Assembly (NCBI GenBank): GCA_016861205.1 | Contig: BOKX01000001.1 | Span: 766,528 to 830,527, forward strand | DNA length: 64,000 nt | Origin: Patescibacteria group bacterium | GTDB lineage: Bacteria > Patescibacteriota > Microgenomatia > UBA1400 > PJMF01 | Direction of reading: 5' to 3' | In this document: piece by piece, positions 38,803-48,512 of the stretch | How positions within the stretch are numbered: the first letter of the stretch is position 1 | Layout: each line of letters opens with the position of its first letter | Notes under the pieces: generated by a model | What the model was told of the DNA's origin: nothing | The model's input: only the letters and a program-made list of their open reading frames with translations | Databases searched by the model: none | Program-made: the position numbers and the translations under genes

Positions 38803-41163
38803 ATGGTTCGGGCCTCCTCCCGGTCTCCAGTTGTATCACGAGCACGTCGCTCCACCTCCCAGACCACCGCACGCCGCGGTCGGCCGGTTCGCCGTCGCGG
38901 CCGTCCACCTAAGACAGCGCAGGTTGCCAAAAAAATAAAAACTCCTGAAACTGTGGCGACGCTCCAGCCGCCTCGTCGCCGAGGCAGGCCACCTGGTTCA
39001 AAAAATCGCCAACCTACTAAAACGCAAAACAAAACTAAGACCAAAACAATTAAAGTCCGTCGCTCTGGGGCCACCATCTATCGGCGTCGTAGTCGCTGGC
39101 AACAATTCCTGGACGGAGTCGGTCGAGCTGGGCGAGGATTTTGGAGTGGTTGGATCGCCCCCTATACTTGGCAATTGTTGTTCTCATTTGTCCTGACCGG
39201 GCTTATTTTGGGCGGGAGCTATGCCGCGTATATCTACATATTTAAAGACTTACCATCTCCTCAGCAACTGGTGACTGAGCGAGCACCAGCCACTACCAAA
39301 ATTCTTGATCGACAGGGTCGATTGCTCTTTCAAATTTACAACGAAGAAAACCGCTCGCCGATTTCGCTTAGCCAAGTTCCACCACATTTGATTCAAGCCA
39401 CCTTGGCTATTGAGGATCAGAGTTTCTATCAGCACCATGGTTTTTCTGTCCGCGGCATTACGCGGGCAGCCGTCGCTAACATACAAGGCAAGTCAGTCCA
39501 AGGTGGGTCGACGATCACGCAGCAACTAGTCAAAAATCGTTTGTTAAACCGAGAAAAAACCCTGCAACGCAAACTCCGAGAAATAGTCCTCAGTGTCTTA
39601 GTCGATGGAACGTATACTAAGGATCACATCTTGGAGATGTACTTAAATGACGTTTCCTATGGTGGCTCTACGTATGGCATCGAAGCTGCAGCTGAGCGAT
39701 ACTTTCGCAAGTCGGCTCGCGACTTGACGCTGGCTGAGGCCGCCTTGTTAGCGGGCCTACCGCAAGCCCCGTCTACCTACAGTCCCTTCGGTCCCACCCC
39801 AGAATTGGCTAAAGCCCGTCAATTTGAAGTGCTGCGTCGGATGGTGGAAGATGGTTACTTAACTCCAGATGCAGCTACTCAAGCGTACCAAGAACCACTC
39901 AACTTTCAGCCCGAACAAATTGAAATCAATGCGCCTCACTTCGTAATGTATGTCAAACAACTCCTTGCCAAACAATATGGCGAAGAGTTTGTGCATGAGG
40001 GTGGCTTGACTGTCACGACTACGCTCGATCTGGATCTGCAGCAGCAAGTCCAATCAGTAATCACTACTGAGCTTGATAAGCTCGCCAAGCTGCGAATCAA
40101 CAATGGGGCAGCTCTAGTTACCAACCCACAAACGGGCGAGATTCTGAGTATGGTTGGAAGCAAAAATTACTTTGACTTCGCCCACGATGGTCAAGTCAAC
40201 GTCACCATCCGCCCCCGCCAACCAGGCTCAGCCATTAAACCCATCACCTACGCTTTGGCTTTCGAGAACGGTCGTCGACCCAGTACGTATGAGGAAGACA
40301 GCCCGATTACCTATCAAGTTGCCGGCAGCAAACCGTACTCTCCCAAAAACTATGATGGTCGCTATCATGGGCGAGTCACCCTTAGAGAGGCGCTTGCTTC
40401 TTCGTACAACATTCCAGCCGTGAAACTGCTGGCCGCAGTTGGTATCAATAACATGATCGACCAAGGACAGGCCATGGGGATAACCACTTGGAACGACCGG
40501 CTCCGGTTTGGCCTGTCACTGACTCTTGGTGGCGGCGAGGTATTGATGGTCGATTTGGCAAAAGTATATGGCACCTTTGCCACCATGGGTTACACGGTAG
40601 AACTCAATCCACTGCTGCAAGTTACAACCTACGAGGGTGAAGTGCTTTACCGCAACACTTGCGCTCTTGAGAGCGTCGGCTGCCCACGGCAGCGGACCTT
40701 GTCCACTTTAGCTGCGTATATGATCACTGATGTGCTCACTGACAATGTGGCGCGCACGCCTGCCTTTGGGCCACGGTCTGTCCTCTACATCCCCAACCAA
40801 CAGGTTGCTGTCAAAACCGGCACCACCAATAACCTACGGGATAACTGGAGCATCGGCTACACCACAGATCGGTTAGTTGCAGTCTGGGTAGGCAACAATG
40901 ACAACACCCCAATGAGCTATGTTGCATCTGGGATTACCGGAGCATCGCCAGTCTGGAACAAGATTATGACTCTGCTGCTTGATGAGCAACACCCTCATCG
41001 CTTCGCTACGCCGTCTGGCTTGCTCAAAATACCGGTCTGCGTCACGACTGGGACCTTACCCTGCCGTGGCTGTCCAGTTGTTCGAGAAGAGCTGTTTCAA
41101 GAAGGCACTCAGCCATTCCAGGCCTGCAACCCCACCAGCTTTTCACCTTCTCCACATCCATAA
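38803..41163 (+). CDS. class A penicillin-binding protein (second PBP1A paralog) with an Arg-rich AT-hook-like N-terminal tail
   Basis: IEDQSFYQHHG (GT51), RQPGSAIKP (SxxK), KTGTTN. The N-terminal tail contains RRGRPPK and RRRGRPPG. Confidence 0.9.
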   Translation: MVRASSRSPVVSRARRSTSQTTARRGRPVRRRGRPPKTAQVAKKIKTPETVATLQPPRRRGRPPGSKNRQPTKTQNKTKTKTIKVRRSGATIYRRRSRWQQFLDGVGRAGRGFWSGWIAPYTWQLLFSFVLTGLILGGSYAAYIYIFKDLPSPQQLVTERAPATTKILDRQGRLLFQIYNEENRSPISLSQVPPHLIQATLAIEDQSFYQHHGFSVRGITRAAVANIQGKSVQGGSTITQQLVKNRLLNREKTLQRKLREIVLSVLVDGTYTKDHILEMYLNDVSYGGSTYGIEAAAERYFRKSARDLTLAEAALLAGLPQAPSTYSPFGPTPELAKARQFEVLRRMVEDGYLTPDAATQAYQEPLNFQPEQIEINAPHFVMYVKQLLAKQYGEEFVHEGGLTVTTTLDLDLQQQVQSVITTELDKLAKLRINNGAALVTNPQTGEILSMVGSKNYFDFAHDGQVNVTIRPRQPGSAIKPITYALAFENGRRPSTYEEDSPITYQVAGSKPYSPKNYDGRYHGRVTLREALASSYNIPAVKLLAAVGINNMIDQGQAMGITTWNDRLRFGLSLTLGGGEVLMVDLAKVYGTFATMGYTVELNPLLQVTTYEGEVLYRNTCALESVGCPRQRTLSTLAAYMITDVLTDNVARTPAFGPRSVLYIPNQQVAVKTGTTNNLRDNWSIGYTTDRLVAVWVGNNDNTPMSYVASGITGASPVWNKIMTLLLDEQHPHRFATPSGLLKIPVCVTTGTLPCRGCPVVREELFQEGTQPFQACNPTSFSPSPHP

Positions 41164-41211
41164 TCATCGGTCAAAACGCACCTATGATCAAAAACCTCTG
41201 ATTGGAAATAC

Positions 41212-41421
41212 CTACTGCAGTTGCCACAGCAACCAAGAAATGAGGATGGTTAATCCAAGCAAAATCGGGGCTACCCATTTTTCGCGTGATTGATTGCGGG
41301 CTTGGCGTTCTTTGGCCAGTCGCTTTTCTTCTCGGGCAACTCTTTTAGCCTCGTGGTCGGCTTCTGTGGAAGCGATTGAGGCTTCAATGTCAGCTAGTTC
41401 ATGACTGCTGAGTTTGGGCAT
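41212..41421 (-). CDS. small hypothetical membrane protein (69 aa)
   Basis: ORF with a C-terminal TM. Weak. Confidence 0.3.
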   Translation of the reverse strand: MPKLSSHELADIEASIASTEADHEAKRVAREEKRLAKERQARNQSREKWVAPILLGLTILISWLLWQLQ

Positions 41422-42109
41422 AGTCCATTAAAATTTTAGCTTTGGCAACGATCATTTCAACTGCCTGCTCGATGCTGAGATCACTGGTATCAACTACCCA
41501 GGCTTCAGGCACCTGTTTAAGCGGATCAGCCGGTCGAGTCATGTCTTGATGATCGCGCTGCAATAAGTCCCGGTAGACCTCCTCAAAACCGATGTCTTGG
41601 CCTTTGGCTTGCAGTTGCAGGTGACGGCGCTTAGCCCGCACAATGTCGGAGGCAGTCAGATAAATCTTCAACTGCGCAGTGGGCAATACGCGATAGGTAA
41701 TGTCTCGCCCTTCCATGACAACATCCTGCTGGGCCGCAATTCGTTGCTGCTTACTAACGAGCACTTGTCGCACAAGTGGATACTGAGCCACTTGCGAAGA
41801 CCCTCGACTCATTTCCTCGGTCCGGATTTTCCATGATACGTCTTCACCATTAAGTAACACGGTAGTCAATCGGCCATCTTTCTCTTCATCGTTGGGGTTG
41901 CGCATATCCATCTGAGCCTCTTCGACCAAATCAGCCAAAGCCACTTCATCCGCCATGGAGGCGCCTTCTTGCTGCGCCAAGTACGCAGTCATCCGGTACA
42001 TGGCGCCAGTGTCGACGTACAAAAAACCTAGCCGCTCAGCCACTAATCTGGCCACAGTACCCTTGCCGGCCGCAACCGGACCATCAATAGCTATTTGAAA
42101 TGGTGTCAT
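41399..42109 (-). CDS. cmk: cytidylate kinase
   Basis: IAIDGPVAAGKGTVARLVA and YVDTGAMYR. Confidence 0.9.
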   Translation of the reverse strand: MTPFQIAIDGPVAAGKGTVARLVAERLGFLYVDTGAMYRMTAYLAQQEGASMADEVALADLVEEAQMDMRNPNDEEKDGRLTTVLLNGEDVSWKIRTEEMSRGSSQVAQYPLVRQVLVSKQQRIAAQQDVVMEGRDITYRVLPTAQLKIYLTASDIVRAKRRHLQLQAKGQDIGFEEVYRDLLQRDHQDMTRPADPLKQVPEAWVVDTSDLSIEQAVEMIVAKAKILMDYAQTQQS

Positions 42110-42117
42110 ACCCGAAA

Positions 42118-42393
42118 TTACTTGCGTCGCTTGGCTTTAGCTTTGGCTTTTGGCTTAGCACTTCTCACAGCTGGGGCAGCAGCTTTAGGACGTGAAGTTG
42201 ATGAACTCATCCACTCTTCACGATCGGAAGTAACCAGTCCGCCCAAACCGACCACAATTAAGATGAGTGGCCAGAGGTTCCAAAACGACGACGGCAGTAA
42301 TTGTAAATTGGAGGCTAAGAAAATCAACCCCATAATGATCAGGGTGAGGGGCCAAAAAACACGTTTGGGCATGGTTACATCCTTTCGTAGCAA
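42118..42393 (-). CDS. small membrane protein with Lys/Ala-rich tail
   Basis: Two TM helices then AKPKAKAKAKRRK. Weak. Confidence 0.4.
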   Translation of the reverse strand: MLRKDVTMPKRVFWPLTLIIMGLIFLASNLQLLPSSFWNLWPLILIVVGLGGLVTSDREEWMSSSTSRPKAAAPAVRSAKPKAKAKAKRRK

Positions 42394-42592
42394 ATCTCAG
42401 TCTTCATCGTAGCAAATAGATGGCTGGTATGTCTAGAGTTTGCTATGTATGCATGTTTTACAAGACATCTGGCGCCCTCTCCAGACTCCGCTGATTGCCT
42501 CTATAAACACTATGGTCACCAAAGGGGATACGTGGTCGGCAATCAGAGGCTTGTAAAACATGCCTACACCAGCCAGATAAGGAAATGAAACA

Positions 42593-43048
42593 TTAACCGT
42601 GGTAGCGAACTCGGTCTTTGAGCTCTCGGGCCACATCGCGTTGTTGGGCACGTTTTTTAAGTTCAGCGCGATGGTCATGGAGCTTTTTACCTCGAGCCAA
42701 CCCAACCATTAACTTCACTCGCCGCCCCATCACGTTCCAACTCAACGGAACCAGCGTCAAACCTTTTTCCTGTGACTCAACTTTGAGGGACTCGATTTCA
42801 GACCGCTTAAGCAGTAACTTGCGGGTCCGCTTGGGATCATACTCGCGGTTGTCAGCGTAGGCATACGGATTGATTTGTGCCCCGAGAATAAACGCTTCAT
42901 TGCCGATGACTTTTACAAAACTCCCCACTAAACTACCGTGACCGAGACGCAAACTTTTCACCTCACCACCACTCAAAACTACCCCTGCTGCCAGGGTTTT
43001 TAGGATTGTGTAATCGTGCAAAGCTTTCTTGTTTGTGACCAGTTGCAT
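42593..43048 (-). CDS. smpB: SsrA-binding protein SmpB
   Basis: 151 aa. KKALHDY...GGEVKSLR...GRRVKLMVGLARGKKLHD. Confidence 0.9.
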   Translation of the reverse strand: MQLVTNKKALHDYTILKTLAAGVVLSGGEVKSLRLGHGSLVGSFVKVIGNEAFILGAQINPYAYADNREYDPKRTRKLLLKRSEIESLKVESQEKGLTLVPLSWNVMGRRVKLMVGLARGKKLHDHRAELKKRAQQRDVARELKDRVRYHG

Positions 43049-43057
43049 GCTGGCCCA

Positions 43058-45004
43058 TTATAACTCGAGTTCGAACAACAGCGAGCCACTAACTGCTAAA
43101 GCTTTGTTAAGTGACTCACTAACTAATAAATGCGTACTCGCCCCCAACATGGGACTGCGCAGTTCCTTGAGGAAAGTGCCGTCTTTACTCAGCACCACCA
43201 CTCGTTCTTTATCGGCGTCGAGCACGTACAAGTTTTTGGTATCTGGATCTGTGACTACCTCAAGATCCCCAGCTAAAGCATCTTGCAGTCCTTGCGGATT
43301 AAACTCCGCTGGCTTGCCAGAGGTAAGCTTGGCGATTCGACCAGTCTGAAGCCCGAGCCAGACATCACCATCAATGCTAATTGAGGTGGCTTCACTTAAA
43401 CTAAAACCCTGACTCGATTGGAGCCAACCGATCGGGTCCGAGTACTCGGTGTCAGAAACTTTGGCATAACGATAAATATTGCGCTTTTCTGGATTAACAA
43501 CATACACATATGAGTTGTAGGCGGCTAGATGCGTTCCCGCTTGGTTTGACTCACCAGCTGGTTTTACTTGAGTCAATTCTGATGGATCTGTCAACTTTGT
43601 TCTCCAGAGACCATCGCCGAGTAACCAAACAGTGTCTCCATCTATCGCGACATCAACTACGCTGGACATCTTGCTCAAATCAAAAAGCCGGGCCTGTTTC
43701 CGTTCCAAATCCAAAATCAATGCTTGCCGTTTGCCAGTGTCAACCAACCAAGCTGTTGTTCCTTTGCTGAGGGCAAGTGTCGCGACGAAATCTGACTGCA
43801 ACAACCGACTGTCGTAAAAGATCGGTAACTCGTTAGCCTCTTTTTGGCCTGAGAGATTTTGGGTCGTTGCTTGAGCCTGGGCTAGCGCCGCTGCCACCAC
43901 TTTTTTGGCCGCCGGCTGCTTTTCAAACTGGCCTTGAGCAGCAGTCAGTTCTGTCAAAACTTCGTTAGCTAACTGGCGGGCAGTTAATGGATCGTTCTCG
44001 GATTGCTGCTCGGCAACCTGGAGTTTGTCGAGAAGTGGTTGAACAACTGCATCGGCGGCTTGCCGCTGCTTGGCTTGGGCAGTTTGCCACCACCATATGC
44101 CACCCCCGAGGCTCGAGCTAGCTATCACTGCCAACAGCCCAAGAATGATCACCCGTCGGCGCAAACCGTCATCGTGTCGGAAGCGCAGTGAAAATCGCCA
44201 CCAAGCTAGTGGCAAACCTACCATCCGCCGCAAAAGACGTTTCACAATTGAAAATCCAATTACTGGCCATGGCAATTTTTTGACTCGGAGTGAGGTCTCT
44301 TGATTGGCGTGAACCAATCTAGATGGCGCAGCGTGTGTAGATGGAGTTGGCATTCGGGAAGCCGAAGGTTCGTCATCCGGCGGATCTGGTTCAAACTTCA
44401 TCTCAATGAAAGGTCCATGTACCCGTTCACTGCTAGGTTCTGCCTGTGGCTGAGCTGGAGCCAAAAAGGCACAAGCAGTGAGTGATGAGTCTGGTTGACT
44501 ATGAATACTAGGCACCAAGTTCGTCACCACCGTATCGACGTCAAAACCCGCTCCAAGTTTTTGTTGAATTTCTCCCAAGTAATTACTGGCTTGAGCCGTC
44601 ATCAGCACCACCACGTCGTCAGCTTGAAGTCGGCCTTCGACGAGTTGCACATCACCACTGGAGTGTAAAACCACGCCAACTTTCGTTGGTCGTTTGAGAA
44701 TGACTGCCCCCTTGATCGCCCCAAAAACCACCTGTGTCTCGTTTTGCCAAGCCAAGGCGACTTGGAGATCACAGGCTTTATCACGTGCCAAACTGAGCAG
44801 TTGAGTAAGCAACGTGTGGACGCTGGGGGTGGAGCTTGGCTGTTGGGTTTGGAGCCAGCTGAGTAAATCCCGGCCGACATTGCCGGCATTTTGACCAGCT
44901 ACGGCAAACGCCACCCACAAATGGTGGTCAGCGACCACCGCCACTTGAGACCAGCCAGTCAATTGGGGCAATCCAATTAATGGAGTGCTTTGCAAGGCTG
45001 ACAT
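43058..45004 (-). CDS. large hypothetical membrane protein (648 aa): cytoplasmic N-domain, P-rich linker, TM, extracytoplasmic beta-rich domain
   Basis: Long ORF. N-domain VAVVADHH...GDVQLVEGRLQADDVVVLMT is weakly PP2C-like. The C-terminus has repeated W/D/G beta-strand patterns. Confidence 0.55.
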   Translation of the reverse strand: MSALQSTPLIGLPQLTGWSQVAVVADHHLWVAFAVAGQNAGNVGRDLLSWLQTQQPSSTPSVHTLLTQLLSLARDKACDLQVALAWQNETQVVFGAIKGAVILKRPTKVGVVLHSSGDVQLVEGRLQADDVVVLMTAQASNYLGEIQQKLGAGFDVDTVVTNLVPSIHSQPDSSLTACAFLAPAQPQAEPSSERVHGPFIEMKFEPDPPDDEPSASRMPTPSTHAAPSRLVHANQETSLRVKKLPWPVIGFSIVKRLLRRMVGLPLAWWRFSLRFRHDDGLRRRVIILGLLAVIASSSLGGGIWWWQTAQAKQRQAADAVVQPLLDKLQVAEQQSENDPLTARQLANEVLTELTAAQGQFEKQPAAKKVVAAALAQAQATTQNLSGQKEANELPIFYDSRLLQSDFVATLALSKGTTAWLVDTGKRQALILDLERKQARLFDLSKMSSVVDVAIDGDTVWLLGDGLWRTKLTDPSELTQVKPAGESNQAGTHLAAYNSYVYVVNPEKRNIYRYAKVSDTEYSDPIGWLQSSQGFSLSEATSISIDGDVWLGLQTGRIAKLTSGKPAEFNPQGLQDALAGDLEVVTDPDTKNLYVLDADKERVVVLSKDGTFLKELRSPMLGASTHLLVSESLNKALAVSGSLLFELEL

Positions 45005-45093
45005 TTGGAGCTATTGTAGCACCAGTTTGAGAAATGCCAAATGAAGTCCGAAACCACGCGGCTGTGGACTTCCGTTGACTCGATTTAAAATCA

Positions 45094-45357
45094 TTATAAG
45101 AACAAAAAGAAGACGAAGATACCAAGAGCAACAAACAAATGCAGCAAGCCGAGAAGTTGAATGGCTGGTTCAATAGGTGTGATCAGGGTCTTTTTCATGA
45201 CTGCAGTTTGACGAGTCACGATCACCCCAAAACAGACGTACAAAAAGCCGGCCACTATCAGCAAGATTTTGATCAAGAACAAAGCTGCTCCTTCAGTTGA
45301 CGCTGCTAAGTTCGTACTGTCGCCCAGAATCAGACCGAGTTGAGATGTTGAACTCAT
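45094..45357 (-). CDS. small hypothetical membrane protein (87 aa)
   Basis: Two TM helices. Weak. Confidence 0.4.
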   Translation of the reverse strand: MSSTSQLGLILGDSTNLAASTEGAALFLIKILLIVAGFLYVCFGVIVTRQTAVMKKTLITPIEPAIQLLGLLHLFVALGIFVFFLFL

Positions 45358-45398
45358 TGCTTAACTCCATTTTGTAATGAAACTGAGATACTTTGAGT

Positions 45399-45462
45399 AA
45401 AACAGTTTGTTTCTTGACGATGGACTAGCCGAGCTAATTCGAGACAAGAAACAAACTGTTTT
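45399..45462. repeat. perfect 18-bp inverted repeat (AAAACAGTTTGTTTCTTG / CAAGAAACAAACTGTTTT) with a 28-nt loop
   Basis: Read directly from the sequence in the intergenic region between two minus-strand genes. Confidence 0.8.
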
Positions 45463-45517
45463 GCCGAAGTAGCTCTAGTTGGAATCGAAATGAAGTTAAG
45501 CAATGAGTTCAGTGGCA

Positions 45518-46258
45518 TTAGTTCACTCTCCCCTCTAGTTTCTCTCGCTCTTCCTCCAGCAATAACTCGTTCAAGACCGAAGTTACTTTGGCTGGATGCG
45601 GCACATCTTCAAACTCCAGCTCAGCATTCGCCGCCGCTGTTTGAATCTTAATGGTCCCAAAATCAAATATGGATCGGATGGCACCACCGGTGGTTGAGGT
45701 AATGTCCTCAATGTTATCGAGCTTGGCAGTCGAGATGTTTTTGTAAATCAAAGAATTAAAATCGACGTCAATAATTCGCTCGTCTGTAATGATATAGACG
45801 TTAAAGAACCACATCAGAAATGATTCGAACCCAAAACTAAACACCAGTGCGTACCAACCAATTAGAGCCGCCATGATGTAGCGAACTGGCAAAAACTGAA
45901 TGACCGGGAAAACCGCCGCCACTAAGAAAGGCAGCAAAGCCAAACCAATGGCGCTCAAAATCCAAGGTACTTGGGTAATAGGATGGCGACGCAAGAGCAG
46001 CAACACGTGCTCGTCAGACATTTGGGTATCAAAAAAGACTTTGTGAGGTTTTGGCAACCAGGCTTGGAACGAGTTGCCCGAGGTGGCTGTTTCTTGTCGC
46101 AGAACCTCAGAGTACTCGTCAACATGTCGACGGGGACGGCGCGCTACTTCAGCAGAGGTTTCAGGTTCAGTGGCCGTGTCAACAGCTGTGGTCCCAGTTG
46201 TGTCAGACACCGAACCCTGACTCGGGTGTTTCTGAGAGGCATCAAAGATGTCAGGCAT
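45518..46258 (-). CDS. bacterial PH-domain (bPH_2/DUF304, YdbS/YdbT-like) membrane protein
   Basis: Two TM helices then ITDERIIDVDF...GTIKIQTA. Start moved to MPDIFD. Confidence 0.6.
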   Translation of the reverse strand: MPDIFDASQKHPSQGSVSDTTGTTAVDTATEPETSAEVARRPRRHVDEYSEVLRQETATSGNSFQAWLPKPHKVFFDTQMSDEHVLLLLRRHPITQVPWILSAIGLALLPFLVAAVFPVIQFLPVRYIMAALIGWYALVFSFGFESFLMWFFNVYIITDERIIDVDFNSLIYKNISTAKLDNIEDITSTTGGAIRSIFDFGTIKIQTAAANAELEFEDVPHPAKVTSVLNELLLEEEREKLEGRVN

Positions 46259-46337
46259 GCGGGAATTATAGCACTTAGGCTGGCTGGCAACCAGAGAATA
46301 CTCAGCTTTGTGCCAGCTGATTCCGAACAAACTGAAG

Positions 46338-48128
46338 TTACTTCGTCAACACTGCCAAGAACGCCTCTTGGTTCAGCTCAACTTTACCAATTTGTTTCAG
46401 CTTCTTCTTACCCTTAGCCTGCTTTTTGAGCAGTTTCTGACGACGAGTCACGTCACCACCATAGAGTTTCGCAGTCACATCTTTGCGGAAAGCTTTCAAA
46501 GTTTCTCGAGCAATCACAGTACTACCGATGGCTGCTTGGATCGGAACTTCAAACATTTGACGCGGAATCACTTCTTTGAGTCGGGCCACCAAGGCTCGAC
46601 CTTGCGCTTCAGCTTGAGACTTCACCGCCACAAAACTTAATGCCTCCACCGGCTCATGGTTCAACAAAATACTGACTTTCACGGCCTCGACTGTGGAGTA
46701 ACCTGCCAGTTCGTACTCGAGAGATGCGAAACCTGAGGTGACTGACTTGAGCGTATCGTGAAAATCAGTGATCAGCTCTGCCAAAGGCATGGAAAACAAC
46801 ACTTTGGCGCGGTTGCCAATGTAATGCGTGACGACAAACTCACCTCGCCGATCGCGGCAGAGTTTCATAACCACCGGCACATAACTTTCTGGCGTGAAAA
46901 TGGTTAAGTCAGCAATTGGTTCCTGAATCAACTTAATTTGGCTGGGATCTGGCATATCCGCAGGGGTGTTCACCGTCACCTCTTCATTAGCAGTCGTGGT
47001 GATCAAGTACGGGACTGACGGGGCGGTGGCAATCAAATCGAGGTCAAATTCCTGTCGCAACCGCTCGAGCACAATCTCGGCGTGCAAAATCCCTAAGAAC
47101 CCCACGCGCAAACCGTTTCCCAAAGCCGGTGAGTGCGTACCGCTCGACTTCAGGGCTGCGTCATGCAGCGACAGTTTGGCCACTGCATCCTGCAACAGCG
47201 TGAAGTCATCACCATCAACTGGGTAGAGCTCCATGTACACCATAGGTAATGGCTCGCGATATCCAGGTAATGGTTGAATTTTACTTTTATCAAGCGCGCT
47301 CGTGAGCGTGTCACCCACCTTGAGGTCGTGGATATCTTTCAAGCCAGTGGCAACATAGCCCACTTCGCCAGTTTTGAGCAGGTCTGTGCGCACCATTTGG
47401 GGCGAGAACACGCCAATTTCCACTGGGTTGAACTCCGCATGGGCCGAAATCAATGACAACTTCTGGCGGCTCAGTTCACCGTCCACCACTCGCACCAAAG
47501 CAACTGCCCCGCGGTGCTGATCAAAATGTGAGGTCACCACCAAGGCCCGGAGTGGAGCGTCAGCTTGGCCATGAGGCGCTGGAATTTTCTGAACAATCGT
47601 TGCCAACAAAGTATCAATGTTCAGCCCTGTTTTGGCCGAGACTTCGATAATATCTGACTCTTCAATGTTGAATGTTTCCATGCACTCCAGTTTGACTTGT
47701 TCGCGATCGGCTGAGGGCAGATCGATTTTGTTGAGAACCGGAATAATAGTCAGTCCAAGATCGAGGGCTTTTTGGTAGTTGGATAAGGTTTGGGCTTGAA
47801 TACCTTGCGTCGCGTCGATCAGCAGCAATACTCCTTCACAAGCTGCCAGGGACCGGCTGACTTCGTAACCAAAGTCAACATGACCTGGAGTATCAATTAA
47901 ATTCAGGGTATATGTCTGACCATCAGCTGGATGGGTGTACAGCATTCGGACTGGCGCTAGCTTGATGGTGATACCCCGCTGGCGCTCAATAGGATTACTG
48001 TCCATCATCCGTTCTTGAAAATCGAGATCACTCACCGTGTGAGTGGCTTTCAAAAAACAGTCGGTCAAGGTAGTTTTACCGTGATCGATATGAGCAATGA
48101 TGGAAAAGTTACGAATCAGGGCTGACAT
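46338..48128 (-). CDS. lepA: elongation factor 4 (LepA)
   Basis: NFSIIAHIDHGKTTLTD G-domain and LepA-specific C-terminus. Confidence 0.95.
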   Translation of the reverse strand: MSALIRNFSIIAHIDHGKTTLTDCFLKATHTVSDLDFQERMMDSNPIERQRGITIKLAPVRMLYTHPADGQTYTLNLIDTPGHVDFGYEVSRSLAACEGVLLLIDATQGIQAQTLSNYQKALDLGLTIIPVLNKIDLPSADREQVKLECMETFNIEESDIIEVSAKTGLNIDTLLATIVQKIPAPHGQADAPLRALVVTSHFDQHRGAVALVRVVDGELSRQKLSLISAHAEFNPVEIGVFSPQMVRTDLLKTGEVGYVATGLKDIHDLKVGDTLTSALDKSKIQPLPGYREPLPMVYMELYPVDGDDFTLLQDAVAKLSLHDAALKSSGTHSPALGNGLRVGFLGILHAEIVLERLRQEFDLDLIATAPSVPYLITTTANEEVTVNTPADMPDPSQIKLIQEPIADLTIFTPESYVPVVMKLCRDRRGEFVVTHYIGNRAKVLFSMPLAELITDFHDTLKSVTSGFASLEYELAGYSTVEAVKVSILLNHEPVEALSFVAVKSQAEAQGRALVARLKEVIPRQMFEVPIQAAIGSTVIARETLKAFRKDVTAKLYGGDVTRRQKLLKKQAKGKKKLKQIGKVELNQEAFLAVLTK

Positions 48129-48182
48129 GAGTTCAGTGCATCGCCTGGGCTAGAGGGCTAGATACCATCAGCCTGACTATAC

Positions 48183-48419
48183 TTAGGCTGCGAGTGATTT
48201 GGCCAATTGGCTCTTGAGACGAGCAGCTTTATTGCGATGCAAAAGGTGGTTTTTGACGCTTTTATCAATGCGTGAGAAAGCGGCAGATAAGGCCTCAGCA
48301 CTTGGCTTGGCTTTGGCTTGATCCAAAGCAGTTTTCAACTGAGCTTTAACTCGGCGGTTAGCCAGGGTTTTGCGTTGGCTGACACGAAGAGCTTTTTTGG
48401 CGTTAGATAGAATTGGCAT
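48183..48419 (-). CDS. rpsT: 30S ribosomal protein S20
   Basis: MPILSNAKKALRVSQRKTLANRRVKAQLKTAL. The ORF-track upstream extension (alternative start at 48572) is probably spurious. Confidence 0.8.
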   Translation of the reverse strand: MPILSNAKKALRVSQRKTLANRRVKAQLKTALDQAKAKPSAEALSAAFSRIDKSVKNHLLHRNKAARLKSQLAKSLAA

Positions 48420-48512
48420 ATATACTTGTGTTAAGGATCGGATTATAACCAATCTTGGACCCAGATTCAACCAGCGAAACCAAACGCACATCTGGCTACC
48501 ATACCAATACGT

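Noticed and set aside
38741-38938. 65-aa ORF upstream of and overlapping the second PBP start
   Set aside because: A Pro/Ala-rich product created by the high-GC Arg codon stretch. The PBP frame from 38803 gives a coherent basic tail.
42394-42592. Possible tmRNA (ssrA) adjacent to smpB
   Set aside because: The intergenic region is only ~200 nt. No tRNA-like T-arm (GGTTCGA.TCC) and no tag-ORF were found there, so no tmRNA call is made. The structured element is reported separately.
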